Assembly (NCBI RefSeq): GCF_029227855.1
Contig: NZ_CP074356.1
DNA: 64,000 nucleotides
Source of the DNA: Escherichia coli
GTDB lineage: Bacteria; Pseudomonadota; Gammaproteobacteria; Enterobacterales; Enterobacteriaceae
Direction: 5' to 3' (one strand)
Below are positions 44,984-56,406 of the stretch, piece by piece. The notes beneath the pieces were generated by a model, which saw nothing but the letters and a program-made list of their open reading frames with translations, had not been told where the DNA came from and ran no database searches. The position numbers were made by a program, and so were the translations under genes. Positions within the stretch are counted from its first letter, which is position 1. Each line of letters begins with the position of its first letter.

Positions 44984-46378
44984 ATGACAAATCTAAAAAA
45001 GCGCGAGCGAGCGAAAACCAATGCATCGTTAATCTCTATGGTGCAACGCTTTTCAGATATCACCATCATGTTTGCCGGGCTATGGCTGGTTTGCGAAGTC
45101 AGCGGACTGTCATTCCTCTACATGCACCTGTTGGTGGCGCTGATTACGCTGGTGGTGTTCCAGATGCTGGGCGGCATCACCGATTTTTATCGCTCATGGC
45201 GCGGTGTTCGGGCAGCGACAGAATTTGCCCTGCTGCTACAAAACTGGACCTTAAGCGTGATTTTCAGCGCCGGACTGGTGGCGTTCAACAATGATTTCGA
45301 CACGCAACTGAAAATCTGGCTGGCGTGGTATGGGCTGACCAGCATCGGACTGGTGGTTTGCCGTTCGTGTATTCGCATTGGTGCGGGCTGGCTGCGTAAT
45401 CATGGCTATAACAAGCGCATGATTGCGGTGGCGGGGGATTTAGCCGCCGGACAAATGCTGCTTGAGAGCTTCCGTAATCAGCCGTGGTTAGGGTTTGAAG
45501 TGGTGGGCGTTTACCACGACCCGAAACCGGGTGGCGTTTCTAACGACTGGGCGGGTAATCTGCAACAGCTGGTCGAGGATGCGAAAGCGGGCAAGATTCA
45601 TAACGTCTATATCGCGATGCAAATGTGCGACGGCGCACGAGTGAAAAAACTGGTCCATCAACTGGCGGATACCACCTGTTCGGTGCTGCTGATCCCCGAT
45701 GTCTTTACCTTCAACATTCTCCATTCCCGTATCGAAGAGATGAACGGCGTACCGGTGGTGCCGCTGTATGACACGCCGCTTTCCGGGGTTAACCGCCTGC
45801 TCAAACGTGCGGAAGATATTGTGCTGGCGACGCTTATCCTGCTGCTGATCTCCCCGGTGCTGTGCTGCATTGCGCTGGCGGTAAAACTGAGCTCACCGGG
45901 GCCGGTTATTTTCCGCCAGACTCGCTACGGCATGGATGGCAAGCCGATCAAAGTGTGGAAGTTCCGTTCTATGAAAGTGATGGAGAACGACAAAGTGGTG
46001 ACTCAGGCGACGCAGAACGATCCGCGCGTTACTAAAGTGGGGAACTTTCTGCGCCGCACTTCGCTGGATGAACTGCCGCAGTTTATCAATGTGCTGACTG
46101 GCGGGATGTCGATTGTGGGGCCACGTCCGCACGCCGTGGCGCATAACGAACAATATCGCCAGCTCATTGAAGGCTACATGCTGCGCCATAAGGTGAAACC
46201 GGGCATTACCGGCTGGGCGCAGATTAATGGCTGGCGTGGCGAAACCGACACGCTGGAGAAAATGGAAAAACGCGTCGAGTTCGACCTTGAGTACATCCGC
46301 GAATGGAGCGTCTGGTTCGATATCAAAATCGTTTTCCTGACGGTATTCAAAGGCTTCGTTAACAAAGCGGCATATTGA
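44984..46378 (+). CDS. wcaJ: UDP-glucose:undecaprenyl-phosphate glucose-1-phosphate transferase WcaJ
   Basis: 464 aa; polyprenyl-phosphate hexose-1-phosphate transferase C-terminal domain. Confidence 0.95.
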   Translation: MTNLKKRERAKTNASLISMVQRFSDITIMFAGLWLVCEVSGLSFLYMHLLVALITLVVFQMLGGITDFYRSWRGVRAATEFALLLQNWTLSVIFSAGLVAFNNDFDTQLKIWLAWYGLTSIGLVVCRSCIRIGAGWLRNHGYNKRMIAVAGDLAAGQMLLESFRNQPWLGFEVVGVYHDPKPGGVSNDWAGNLQQLVEDAKAGKIHNVYIAMQMCDGARVKKLVHQLADTTCSVLLIPDVFTFNILHSRIEEMNGVPVVPLYDTPLSGVNRLLKRAEDIVLATLILLLISPVLCCIALAVKLSSPGPVIFRQTRYGMDGKPIKVWKFRSMKVMENDKVVTQATQNDPRVTKVGNFLRRTSLDELPQFINVLTGGMSIVGPRPHAVAHNEQYRQLIEGYMLRHKVKPGITGWAQINGWRGETDTLEKMEKRVEFDLEYIREWSVWFDIKIVFLTVFKGFVNKAAY

Positions 46379-46379
46379 T

Positions 46380-47858
46380 ATGAGCTTACGTGAAAAAACC
46401 ATCACCGGCGCGAAGTGGTCGGCGATTGCCACGGTGATCATCATCGGCCTCGGGTTGGTGCAGATGACCGTGCTGGCGCGGATTATCGACAACCACCAGT
46501 TCGGCCTGCTTACCGTGTCTCTGGTGATTATCGCGCTGGCAGATACGCTTTCTGACTTCGGTATCGCTAACTCGATTATTCAGCGAAAAGAAATCAGCCA
46601 CCTTGAACTCACCACGTTGTACTGGTTGAACGTCGGGCTGGGGCTTGTGGTGTGCGTGGCGGTGTTTTTGTTGAGTGATGCCATTGGCGACATGCTGAAT
46701 AACCCGGACCTGGCACCGTTGATTAAAACATTGTCGCTGGCGTTTGTGGTGATCCCCCACGGGCAGCAGTTCCGCGCGTTGATGCAAAAAGAGCTGGAGT
46801 TCAACAAAATTGGCATGATCGAAACCAGCGCGGTGCTGGCGGGCTTCACTTTTACTGTGGTTAGCGCCCATTTCTGGCCGCTGGCAATGACTGCGATCCT
46901 CGGTTATCTGGTCAATAGTGCGGTAAGAACGCTGCTGTTTGGCTACTTTGGCCGCAAAATTTATCGCCCCGGTCTGCACTTCTCGCTGGCGTCGGTAGCA
47001 CCGAACTTACATTTTGGTGCCTGGCTGACGGCGGACAGCATCATCAACTATCTCAACACCAACCTTTCAACGCTGGTGCTGGCGCGTATTCTCGGCGCGG
47101 GCGTGGCAGGGGGATACAACCTGGCGTACAACGTGGCCATTGTGCCGCCGATGAAGCTGAACCCAATCATCACCCGCGTGTTGTTTCCGGCATTTGCCAA
47201 AATTCAGGACGACACCGAAAAGCTGCGCGTCAACTTCTACAAGCTGCTGTCGGTGGTGGGGATTATCAACTTTCCGGCGCTGCTGGGGCTGATGGTGGTG
47301 TCGAATAACTTTGTACCGCTGGTCTTTGGTGAGAAGTGGAACAGCATTATTCCGGTGCTGCAATTGCTGTGTGTGGTGGGTCTGCTGCGTTCCGTGGGTA
47401 ACCCGATTGGTTCGCTGCTGATGGCTAAAGCGCGGGTCGATATCAGCTTTAAATTCAACGTATTCAAAACCTTTCTGTTTATTCCGGCGATTGTTATAGG
47501 TGGGCAGATGGCGGGCGCAATCGGCGTCACGCTCGGCTTCCTGCTGGTGCAGATTATCAACACCATTCTGAGCTATTTCGTGATGATTAAACCGGTTCTT
47601 GGTTCCAGTTATCGCCAGTACATCCTGAGTTTATGGCTGCCGTTTTATCTCTCGCTGCCGACGCTGGTGGTCAGTTATGCGCTGGGCATTGTGCTGAAAG
47701 GGCAACTGGCGCTGGGGATGCTGCTGGCGGTGCAAATAGCCGCGGGCGTGCTGGCGTTTGTGGTGATGATTGTGCTGTCGCGCCATCCGCTGGTGGTGGA
47801 GGTGAAGCGTCAGTTTTGTCGCAGCGAAAAAATGAAAATGCTTTTACGGGCGGGGTGA
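46380..47858 (+). CDS. wzxC: Colanic acid repeat-unit flippase WzxC
   Basis: 492 aa polytopic membrane protein of the MOP/Wzx type. Confidence 0.9.
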   Translation: MSLREKTITGAKWSAIATVIIIGLGLVQMTVLARIIDNHQFGLLTVSLVIIALADTLSDFGIANSIIQRKEISHLELTTLYWLNVGLGLVVCVAVFLLSDAIGDMLNNPDLAPLIKTLSLAFVVIPHGQQFRALMQKELEFNKIGMIETSAVLAGFTFTVVSAHFWPLAMTAILGYLVNSAVRTLLFGYFGRKIYRPGLHFSLASVAPNLHFGAWLTADSIINYLNTNLSTLVLARILGAGVAGGYNLAYNVAIVPPMKLNPIITRVLFPAFAKIQDDTEKLRVNFYKLLSVVGIINFPALLGLMVVSNNFVPLVFGEKWNSIIPVLQLLCVVGLLRSVGNPIGSLLMAKARVDISFKFNVFKTFLFIPAIVIGGQMAGAIGVTLGFLLVQIINTILSYFVMIKPVLGSSYRQYILSLWLPFYLSLPTLVVSYALGIVLKGQLALGMLLAVQIAAGVLAFVVMIVLSRHPLVVEVKRQFCRSEKMKMLLRAG

Positions 47859-47929
47859 ATGGTTGTTTTAGGCTCCGGCAATAAAAACAACAACATAACC
47901 TCACCTGGCACCAAATTTATGAGGAAAAA

Positions 47930-49210
47930 ATGAAATTACTGATTCTGGGCAACCACACTTGCGGCAACCGCGGCGACAGCGCCATCTTGCGCGGCTTACT
48001 TGATGCCATCAACATCCTCAATCCACATGCCGAAGTGGACGTAATGAGCCGCTATCCGGTCAGTTCTTCCTGGCTGCTCAACCGCCCGGTAATGGGCGAT
48101 CCGCTGTTCCTGCAAATGAAACAACACAACAGCGCGGCGGGCGTTGTCGGGCGCGTTAAAAAAGTCCTCCGTCGCCGCTACCAGCATCAGGTATTGCTCT
48201 CACGCGTCACCGACACTGGCAAGCTGCGTAATATCGCCATCGCCCAGGGATTCACCGACTTCGTGCGCTTGCTGTCAGGTTACGACGCCATTATTCAGGT
48301 CGGCGGATCGTTTTTTGTCGATCTCTATGGTGTGCCGCAGTTTGAACACGCACTTTGCACGTTTATGGCGAAAAAGCCGCTGTTTATGATTGGTCACAGC
48401 GTCGGTCCCTTCCTGGATGAGCAATTTAACCAACTGGCAAACTACGTTTTTGGTCACTGCGACGCGCTGATCCTGCGCGAATCGGTCAGCCTTGATTTGA
48501 TGAAACGCAGCAATATCACTACCGCAAAAGTTGAACATGGCGTCGATACCGCGTGGCTGGTCGATCACCACATAGAAGATTTCACCGCCAGCTATGCCGT
48601 CCAACACTGGCTGGACGTTGCCGCACAACAGAAAACGGTAGCAATTACCTTGCGCGAACTGGCACCGTTCGACAAACGTCTCGGCACCACTCAACAAGCG
48701 TATGAAAAAGCCTTTGCCGGGGTGGTCAATCACATTCTCGACGAAGGGTATCAGGTGATTGCGCTCTCCACCTGTACGGGCATCGACAGCTATAACAAAG
48801 ACGACCGCATGGTGGCGCTCAACCTGCGCCAGCACATCAGCGATCCTGCCCGTTACCACGTAGTGATGGATGAACTCAACGATCTGGAAATGGGCAAAAT
48901 TCTCGGTGCCTGTGAACTCACCGTCGGCACGCGCCTGCACTCAGCCATTATCTCGATGAACTTTGCCACTCCGGCGATTGCCATCAACTACGAACATAAA
49001 TCCGCCGGGATCATGCAGCAGTTGGGGCTGCAAGAGATGGCGATTGATATCCGTCATTTACTGGACGGCAGCTTGCAAGCGATGGTTGCGGATACCTTAG
49101 GCCAGCTTCCGGTGCTGAACGCACGACTTAGCGAAGCCGTCAGTCGTGAGCGTCAGACAGGAATGCAGATGGTGCAGTCCGTACTGGAACGCATCGGGGA
49201 GGTGAAATGA
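47930..49210 (+). CDS. wcaK: Colanic acid pyruvyl transferase WcaK
   Basis: 426 aa; MKLLILGNHTCGNRGDSAILRGLL. Confidence 0.9.
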   Translation: MKLLILGNHTCGNRGDSAILRGLLDAINILNPHAEVDVMSRYPVSSSWLLNRPVMGDPLFLQMKQHNSAAGVVGRVKKVLRRRYQHQVLLSRVTDTGKLRNIAIAQGFTDFVRLLSGYDAIIQVGGSFFVDLYGVPQFEHALCTFMAKKPLFMIGHSVGPFLDEQFNQLANYVFGHCDALILRESVSLDLMKRSNITTAKVEHGVDTAWLVDHHIEDFTASYAVQHWLDVAAQQKTVAITLRELAPFDKRLGTTQQAYEKAFAGVVNHILDEGYQVIALSTCTGIDSYNKDDRMVALNLRQHISDPARYHVVMDELNDLEMGKILGACELTVGTRLHSAIISMNFATPAIAINYEHKSAGIMQQLGLQEMAIDIRHLLDGSLQAMVADTLGQLPVLNARLSEAVSRERQTGMQMVQSVLERIGEVK

Positions 49211-50427
49211 AGGTCGGCTTCTTTTTACTGAAATTCCCGCTGTCTTCGGAAACCTTCGTCCTCAACCAAATCACTGCGTTTATTGATATGGGCTTTGAGG
49301 TGGAGATTGTCGCGCTGCAAAAAGGCGATACAGAGAACACCCACGCGGCATGGACGAAATACAACCTTGCCGCCAGAACCCGCTGGTTACAGGACGAACC
49401 TACGGGCAAAGTGGCGAAGCTGCGCCACCGCGTCAGCCAGACGTTACGTGGCATTCATCGTAAAAATACCTGGCAGGCGCTCAACCTCAAACGCTATGGT
49501 GCCGAGTCGCGGAACCTGATTTTGTCTGCCATTTGCGGCCAGGTCGCAACACCGTTTCGCGCCGATGTGTTCATCGCTCATTTTGGCCCGGCGGGGGTAA
49601 CCGCAGCAAAACTACGGGAACTGGGTGTCATTCGCGGCAAAATTGCCACTATCTTCCACGGCATTGATATCTCCAGTCGGGAAGTGCTCAACCACTACAC
49701 TCCCGAATATCAGCAACTGTTCCGCCGTGGCGACCTGATGCTACCGATCAGCGATCTTTGGGCCGGAAGGCTGCAAAAAATGGGCTGCCCGAGGGAAAAA
49801 ATTGCCGTATCGCGCATGGGCGTGGACATGACGCGCTTTAGCCCGCGTCCGGTGAAAGCGCCCGCAACGCCGCTGGAAATCATATCCGTCGCACGCTTAA
49901 CCGAGAAAAAAGGTCTGCATGTAGCGATTGAAGCCTGCCGTCAGTTGAAAGAGCAGGGCGTGGCATTTCGTTATCGCATCCTCGGCATTGGCCCGTGGGA
50001 ACGACGCCTGCGCACCCTCATCGAACAATATCAACTGGAAGATGTGGTAGAGATGCCGGGCTTTAAACCGAGCCACGAAGTGAAAGAGATGCTCGATGAC
50101 GCGGATGTTTTCCTGCTGCCTTCGGTAACGGGTGCGGATGGCGATATGGAAGGCATTCCAGTGGCGCTAATGGAAGCGATGGCGGTCGGCATTCCGGTGG
50201 TTTCTACTCTGCATAGCGGAATACCGGAACTAGTGGAGGCTGACAAATCCGGCTGGCTGGTGCCTGAGAACGATGCTCGCGCACTGGCACAACGTCTGGC
50301 GGCATTTAGCCAACTGGACACTGACGAACTGGCTCCGGTCGTCAAACGTGCGCGCGAAAAAGTCGAACACGATTTTAACCAGCAGGTGATTAATCGAGAA
50401 CTCGCCAGTTTGTTACAGGCTTTATAG
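49207..50427 (+). CDS. wcaL: Colanic acid glycosyltransferase WcaL (GT4)
   Basis: 406 aa; GT4 family. Confidence 0.9.
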   Translation: MKVGFFLLKFPLSSETFVLNQITAFIDMGFEVEIVALQKGDTENTHAAWTKYNLAARTRWLQDEPTGKVAKLRHRVSQTLRGIHRKNTWQALNLKRYGAESRNLILSAICGQVATPFRADVFIAHFGPAGVTAAKLRELGVIRGKIATIFHGIDISSREVLNHYTPEYQQLFRRGDLMLPISDLWAGRLQKMGCPREKIAVSRMGVDMTRFSPRPVKAPATPLEIISVARLTEKKGLHVAIEACRQLKEQGVAFRYRILGIGPWERRLRTLIEQYQLEDVVEMPGFKPSHEVKEMLDDADVFLLPSVTGADGDMEGIPVALMEAMAVGIPVVSTLHSGIPELVEADKSGWLVPENDARALAQRLAAFSQLDTDELAPVVKRAREKVEHDFNQQVINRELASLLQAL

Positions 50428-50437
50428 AGGAGAACGC

Positions 50438-51832
50438 ATGCCATTTAAAAAACTCTCCCGACGCACCTTCCTGACGGCAAGCTCGGCGCTTGCCTTCCTC
50501 CATACCCCTTTCGCCCGTGCACTTCCTGCCCGAGCAAGCGTTAACATTAACGATTACAATCCACACGACTGGATTGCTTCATTTAAACAAGCCTTCAGCG
50601 AAGGGCAAACGGTCGTCGTGCCTGCCGGATTGGTTTGCGACAATATCAACACCGACATCTTCATTCCTGCAGGTAAAACGTTACACATCCTTGGAAGCCT
50701 GCGCGGCAACGGCAGAGGGCGATTTGTCTTACAGGACGGCAGCCAGGTGACAGGGGAGGAGGGCGGCAGTATGCATAACATCACCCTGGATGTGCGTGGT
50801 TCTGACTGCACCATCAAAGGGCTGGCGATGAGCGGCTTTGGTCCGGTAACGCAGATTTATATCGGCGGCAAAAACAAACGGGTCATGCGCAACCTGACCA
50901 TCGATAACCTGACCGTTAGCCACGCTAATTACGCCATCTTACGCCAGGGATTTCATAACCAGATTATCGGTGCCAACATCACCAACTGTAAGTTCAGCGA
51001 CTTACAGGGCGACGCCATTGAATGGAACGTGGCGATTAACGACCGTGATATTTTGATATCCGACCACATCATCGAGCGCATCAACTGTACCAACGGCAAA
51101 ATCAACTGGGGCATCGGCATAGGCCTTGCGGGGAGTACTTATGATAATAACTACCCGGAAGACCAGGCAGTGAAAAACTTTGTCGTGGCGAATATCACGG
51201 GATCGGATTGTCGACAGTTGATCCATGTTGAAAATGGTAAACATTTTGTTATTCGTAATATCAAAGCCCGCAATATCACGCCGGATTTCAGTAAGAAAGC
51301 AGGTATTGATAACGCCACAGTTGCTATTTATGGTTGTGACAACTTTGTGATTGATAATATTGAAATGATTAATAGTGCCGGGATGTTAATCGGCTATGGG
51401 GTAATTAAAGGCAAATATCTCTCGATACCGCAGAATTTCCGGGTGAATAATATTCAACTGGATAATACTCATCTTGCTTATAAATTGCGCGGCATTCAAA
51501 TCTCCGCCGGGAATGCTGTCTCCTTTGTGGCGCTGACTAACATTGAGATGAAGCGTGCCTCGCTTGAGCTACACAATAAACCGCAACACCTTTTTATGCG
51601 TAATATCAAGGTGATGCAGGAATCCGCAGTTGGACCCGCATTGAGCATGAACTTCGACATGCGCAAAGACGTTCGCGGCGTGTTTATGGCGAAAAAAGAA
51701 ACACTGCTATCTCTTGCAAATGTTCATGCGGTGAATGAAAAAGGACAAAGCTCGGTCGATATCGACAGGATTAATCACCATATTGTTAATGTGGAAAAGA
51801 TTAACTTTAGATTGCCGGAACGGAGAGAGTAG
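50438..51832 (+). CDS. wcaM: Colanic acid biosynthesis protein WcaM
   Basis: 464 aa; N-terminal signal region [28 protein letters not shown]; beta-helix-like repeats. Confidence 0.9.
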   Translation: MPFKKLSRRTFLTASSALAFLHTPFARALPARASVNINDYNPHDWIASFKQAFSEGQTVVVPAGLVCDNINTDIFIPAGKTLHILGSLRGNGRGRFVLQDGSQVTGEEGGSMHNITLDVRGSDCTIKGLAMSGFGPVTQIYIGGKNKRVMRNLTIDNLTVSHANYAILRQGFHNQIIGANITNCKFSDLQGDAIEWNVAINDRDILISDHIIERINCTNGKINWGIGIGLAGSTYDNNYPEDQAVKNFVVANITGSDCRQLIHVENGKHFVIRNIKARNITPDFSKKAGIDNATVAIYGCDNFVIDNIEMINSAGMLIGYGVIKGKYLSIPQNFRVNNIQLDNTHLAYKLRGIQISAGNAVSFVALTNIEMKRASLELHNKPQHLFMRNIKVMQESAVGPALSMNFDMRKDVRGVFMAKKETLLSLANVHAVNEKGQSSVDIDRINHHIVNVEKINFRLPERRE

Positions 51833-52006
51833 ATTTGCGACCATTCCTGGAAAAATGGAGCCATACTTAGGAACAATGCTACTGCAATCCACAACGAAGC
51901 GGCGTAACATTACAAGTAATTCAGTAATCAATTCAGGGTAATTGATGCTGGCGAAAAAAATCGAACAAGCTATAATTCAGCAACCATTTTACAGGTGGAT
52001 GAAATA

Positions 52007-52900
52007 ATGACGAATTTAAAAGCAGTTATTCCTGTAGCGGGTCTTGGGATGCATATGTTGCCTGCCACTAAGGCGATTCCCAAAGAGATGCTACCCATCG
52101 TCGACAAGCCAATGATTCAGTACATTGTTGACGAGATTGTGGCTGCAGGGATCAAAGAAATCCTCCTGGTAACTCACGCGTCCAAGAACGCGGTCGAAAA
52201 CCACTTCGACACCTCTTATGAATTAGAATCTCTCCTTGAGCAGCGCGTGAAGCGTCAACTGCTTGCGGAAGTGCAGTCCATCTGTCCTCCGGGCGTGACC
52301 ATTATGAACGTGCGTCAGGGCGAACCTTTAGGTTTAGGCCACTCCATTTTATGTGCACGACCTGCTATTGGTGACAACCCATTTGTCGTGGTGCTGCCAG
52401 ACGTTGTGATCGACGACGCGAGTGCCGACCCGCTGCGTTACAACCTTGCTGCCATGATTGCGCGCTTCAACGAAACGGGCCGCAGCCAGGTGCTGGCAAA
52501 ACGTATGCCGGGTGACCTCTCTGAATACTCTGTCATCCAGACCAAAGAGCCGCTGGACCGTGAAGGTAAGGTCAGCCGCATTGTTGAATTTATCGAAAAA
52601 CCAGATCAGCCGCAGACGCTGGACTCAGACATCATGGCCGTTGGCCGCTATGTGCTTTCTGCCGATATTTGGCCGGAGCTAGAACGCACTCAGCCTGGTG
52701 CATGGGGACGTATCCAACTGACAGATGCTATTGCCGAACTGGCGAAAAAACAGTCCGTTGAAGCCATGCTGATGACCGGCGACAGTTACGACTGCGGTAA
52801 AAAAATGGGTTATATGCAAGCGTTCGTGAAGTATGGACTACGCAACCTGAAAGAAGGGGCGAAGTTCCGTAAAGGGATTGAGAAGCTGTTAAGCGAATAA
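52007..52900 (+). CDS. galF: UTP-glucose-1-phosphate uridylyltransferase-like regulatory subunit GalF
   Basis: 297 aa from ATG at 52007 ([30 protein letters not shown]). Confidence 0.95.
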   Translation: MTNLKAVIPVAGLGMHMLPATKAIPKEMLPIVDKPMIQYIVDEIVAAGIKEILLVTHASKNAVENHFDTSYELESLLEQRVKRQLLAEVQSICPPGVTIMNVRQGEPLGLGHSILCARPAIGDNPFVVVLPDVVIDDASADPLRYNLAAMIARFNETGRSQVLAKRMPGDLSEYSVIQTKEPLDREGKVSRIVEFIEKPDQPQTLDSDIMAVGRYVLSADIWPELERTQPGAWGRIQLTDAIAELAKKQSVEAMLMTGDSYDCGKKMGYMQAFVKYGLRNLKEGAKFRKGIEKLLSE

Positions 52901-53157
52901 TGAAAATCTAACCGAATGTAACGGTTGATAAGAAAATTGTAACGGCAGTGAGGATTCGTGGCGAAAGTAATTGTTGCGAATATTCCTGCCGTTGTTTTAT
53001 ATAAACAATCAGAATAACAACGAGTTAGCAATAGGATTTTAGTCAAAGTTTTCCAGGATTTTCCTTGTTTCCAGAGCGGATTGGTAAGACAATTAGCGTT
53101 TGAATTTTTCGGGTTTAGCGCGAGTGGGTAACGCTCGTCACATCGTAGACATGCATG

Positions 53158-53196
53158 CAGTACTCTGGTAGCTGTAAAGCCAGGGGCGGTAGCGTG
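53158..53196 (+). promoter_or_regulatory. JUMPstart element with ops (GGCGGTAGCGTG) upstream of the O-antigen cluster
   Basis: CAGTACTCTGGTAGCTGTAAAGCCAGGGGCGGTAGCGTG, 39 bp; ops core at 53185..53196, about 100 bp upstream of the first O-antigen gene. Confidence 0.75.
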
Positions 53197-53297
53197 TCTA
53201 GTTCAATCCGAGTAAATTAAAAATAATAGTTTTGGAAAAATTGTCTTTATAATGTTAACAAAGCAAGAGTAGGTAATACATATCGTTTTGACATGTA

Positions 53298-54362
53298 TTG
53301 CACTTAAAGAAAACATATCAATTAAATTATCATACTATGCTTATTTACAATACAATATTTGTCTTTTTATCATTTCTTGCACTTTTAGATTTAAGTCATA
53401 AAAAAAATTTGTTATTTTTTTTATTTCCTTGTTTTATATTACTACTGTTAACTGCTATTCGTGGTAATGGAGGAGATGATTTTTATGTGTATGAAAAATA
53501 TTTTAACGCTCTTCCTAATGAAATTTTTAACTATGGATATGGTTATTATAGTTTAAATATGTTTGTTAAAAATTTTGGAGAGTATCCTTTTTTTATTATC
53601 ATTTCATCAATAATATGCATAACTCTTCAGGCAATTTTTATTTATCGTGAGACTGAAAAACCAACTCTGGTTTTGTTTTTATTTTATTCAACTAGCTTTT
53701 TATGGTTGGATTTTATTTTAATTAGGCAGTCAATTTCCGTTGGTTTTTTTATTTTGGCAATATCATTTTTCAAAAATAATAAAAAAATTTTTGCCTGTCT
53801 GTTTTTGATTCTATCTTCATTATTTCATGAGACCGCTATTTTTGCTGGAGTAGTTTTTTATATTTTATACAGAGCCGAGAAGGCAGGTTTTCTTTTTACA
53901 ATTGGCTCGGTATTAATTATTGCACCATTTTTATCTGATATAATCACTATCATAAATGATATGACGATAAAAAATAATAATATAACTCTCTATCTGGAGC
54001 AGCGTACCTTACCAAGCATTGCAAATGTAATTGAGTTAACAATAGCATTTGTTGCATTTTATATAATTAATAAAAATTCCGTGTTTAGAGAGAGTAATGA
54101 GTATAAAATATATAAAAGTATACTATATTCTTCACTATGCATACTATTATTGTCTTATACAATCCCATCATTGGCTAGATTCCTAGAATTTTTTCGTTTT
54201 TTTTACTTCATTTTAGTAGTTAGAATGCTAATGCAATTTAATGTGAGAAGTAGATATCTTTTTTTTGTAATTATACTAGCGTACTGTTTTATGAGACTTA
54301 ATAGCTTCATAAATCAATTTGATTCTGGTTTTGATTATATTTATAATGGAAAAATACTGTGA
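53298..54362 (+). CDS. wzy: Polytopic membrane protein, candidate O-antigen polymerase Wzy (EpsG-like)
   Basis: 354 aa, very hydrophobic with multiple predicted TM segments, AT-rich codon usage; first gene after galF. Assignment as Wzy rather than Wzx is a judgement from size and composition only. Confidence 0.5.
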   Translation: MHLKKTYQLNYHTMLIYNTIFVFLSFLALLDLSHKKNLLFFLFPCFILLLLTAIRGNGGDDFYVYEKYFNALPNEIFNYGYGYYSLNMFVKNFGEYPFFIIISSIICITLQAIFIYRETEKPTLVLFLFYSTSFLWLDFILIRQSISVGFFILAISFFKNNKKIFACLFLILSSLFHETAIFAGVVFYILYRAEKAGFLFTIGSVLIIAPFLSDIITIINDMTIKNNNITLYLEQRTLPSIANVIELTIAFVAFYIINKNSVFRESNEYKIYKSILYSSLCILLLSYTIPSLARFLEFFRFFYFILVVRMLMQFNVRSRYLFFVIILAYCFMRLNSFINQFDSGFDYIYNGKIL

Positions 54363-55228
54363 CTATATTATTTTCTGTTATTACTCCTACCTATAATAGG
54401 GCAGATGAGTTAAGCTCATTGTTCAAAAGTCTTAATAATCAAGAGGGTATCGAATTCGAATGGGTGATAATTGATGATGGTTCTGAAGATCATACACAAC
54501 AACAAGTTAATGACTTCAAAAAACATAATAAAAACATCACAGATATAAAATATTTTTATCAAGAGAATAAAGGTAAAAATTCTGCTGTAATTAGAGGGAT
54601 TCAGAATGCTTCCGGCGATTATATTGTGGTGATTGATAGCGATGATTATTTATTGGATGATGCTTTAATAAGAGTAAAAAATATATTAGATGAAGAGAGT
54701 GTTAATGGCGATGATAAAATAATTGGCATTTCAGGTGTTAAAGTTAAAAGTGATTTCACACCTGTAAGTTATATTAGCAACTCTTCGGCATTGCGAATGA
54801 GTCATTATGAGTGGTTTTATAAGTTTCAGCGGTTAGGTGATCGGATTGACTTTTATAAAGCCCGAGTGCTTAAAGAGAAAATATTTAATGCATTTCCAAA
54901 GGAAAAGTTTATTACAGAAGACGCATATTGGTTGGACCTCGTTGGGGAAAAAATTTTCATAAATGAACCGTTATTAGTAATAAAATATTTAGAGGGAGGG
55001 CTTAGTTCAAGTTACTCATTACTCCTGCGAAACAGTCCTTTTGGAACATCATATTATTATTATATTCTATTAATTAATGCTGATAATTTTAAAACAAAAC
55101 TTAAAGCATCATTATTGATGATGTACTATATATTTGTTACCATATTAAAAAATAGTAATATAGTAATTGGGTTATTGTCACTCATGTTATTTCCAATCTT
55201 ATGTATAATAAAATTCTTTCGAAGCTAA
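54359..55228 (+). CDS. Glycosyltransferase family 2
   Basis: 289 aa; MTILFSVITPTYNRADEL...WVIIDDGSEDHT (GT2 DXD region). Confidence 0.8.
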   Translation: MTILFSVITPTYNRADELSSLFKSLNNQEGIEFEWVIIDDGSEDHTQQQVNDFKKHNKNITDIKYFYQENKGKNSAVIRGIQNASGDYIVVIDSDDYLLDDALIRVKNILDEESVNGDDKIIGISGVKVKSDFTPVSYISNSSALRMSHYEWFYKFQRLGDRIDFYKARVLKEKIFNAFPKEKFITEDAYWLDLVGEKIFINEPLLVIKYLEGGLSSSYSLLLRNSPFGTSYYYYILLINADNFKTKLKASLLMMYYIFVTILKNSNIVIGLLSLMLFPILCIIKFFRS

Positions 55229-56406
55229 GAAACACTATTCTTCCTTGTTTCACTCTAGGAACGTCGACGATTTTTTTCTTTGCGATAGGTTTCTTCTTTG
55301 GTATAAATGAAAAATCTGATTTTATATTATTTACGATTACTTTACTTTCAACCATTGGAACTATTCTTCAAATTTCTTGGTATGGATTGTTACCTCGTTT
55401 GAGTTCGAGTTCAAGCTTAAAATTTTTAGGTTATATTATTTCTAATGGTTTTATCTACTGTTTGATCATAAATACCCTACCATTTGTGATTTTAACTCTG
55501 AACTTTACAAACTTTTTTTTTGCAGGGTGTCTCTACTCTTTATTTTTCCAACTGCATCAGTATCTTAAGAATGTTTTTGTTTATCTTGGGCGGCTTAAAG
55601 CATTTTATATTTTTGATGCCATCGGCTATGCCATATGTGTTATAAGTATTACTGTGTTCCAAAAATATCTATTACATTCAAACCCTCAGGATTTATTTGT
55701 TCTGCTTTCGTTATGTTGGCTTTTAATAGTAATTGGTGAGGTCGTACATCTTAAACTATATATTAATTATGACATATCTGTAAAGCCTGTTTATGTATGT
55801 ATTATTCCAACATGGAAAACAAGGATTGCAAACAGTGGTTTTATTGTGAAAGATCTTTTAACTGCGTATGCGCTTAATATACTTGCGCCGGTAGGCGGTT
55901 TAACTATATATTCATACGCAAGTAAGATTTCAACAGCTGTTTTTCAATTATTCTCTCAATATAAAGTAAATGCTTGGGTGGGCAGCATAAGAAAAAAAAG
56001 GTTAAGTGAAGTAGAATACGGTGATATAAAAAAAGTGTCATTATCTTCTTCAATTGATTTTTGTATTTTTCAGATCGTTGCATGGCTTTGTATCTTACCT
56101 ATTATATTATATAATGGCACAAATATAAATATTGAATGGTATGTATTAAGTATTATTACTGGTGGATTACTATACTTGATACAATCAATGGAACAGCCTT
56201 ATGCTAGATTTATTTATATGTCACGACATTTTACCGATATTGCCATCGCAGATGGAATAAATTTTATTATTTATATGGTTTTCTTTTCATATGGATTGTT
56301 AATGTTAAATGTATATTATCTATTTTTAGGTATTATATTAGCTCAATTATGTTCACTAGTTACTTATTCTTTATTTTGCAAGAGGTTGTTTAGGAATGAT
56401 ACCTAA
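55201..56406 (+). CDS. wzx: Polytopic membrane protein, candidate O-antigen flippase Wzx
   Basis: 401 aa with about 10-12 hydrophobic segments; the ORF overlaps the upstream GT2 gene by 28 nt, so the true start is uncertain. Confidence 0.5.
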   Translation: MYNKILSKLRNTILPCFTLGTSTIFFFAIGFFFGINEKSDFILFTITLLSTIGTILQISWYGLLPRLSSSSSLKFLGYIISNGFIYCLIINTLPFVILTLNFTNFFFAGCLYSLFFQLHQYLKNVFVYLGRLKAFYIFDAIGYAICVISITVFQKYLLHSNPQDLFVLLSLCWLLIVIGEVVHLKLYINYDISVKPVYVCIIPTWKTRIANSGFIVKDLLTAYALNILAPVGGLTIYSYASKISTAVFQLFSQYKVNAWVGSIRKKRLSEVEYGDIKKVSLSSSIDFCIFQIVAWLCILPIILYNGTNINIEWYVLSIITGGLLYLIQSMEQPYARFIYMSRHFTDIAIADGINFIIYMVFFSYGLLMLNVYYLFLGIILAQLCSLVTYSLFCKRLFRNDT

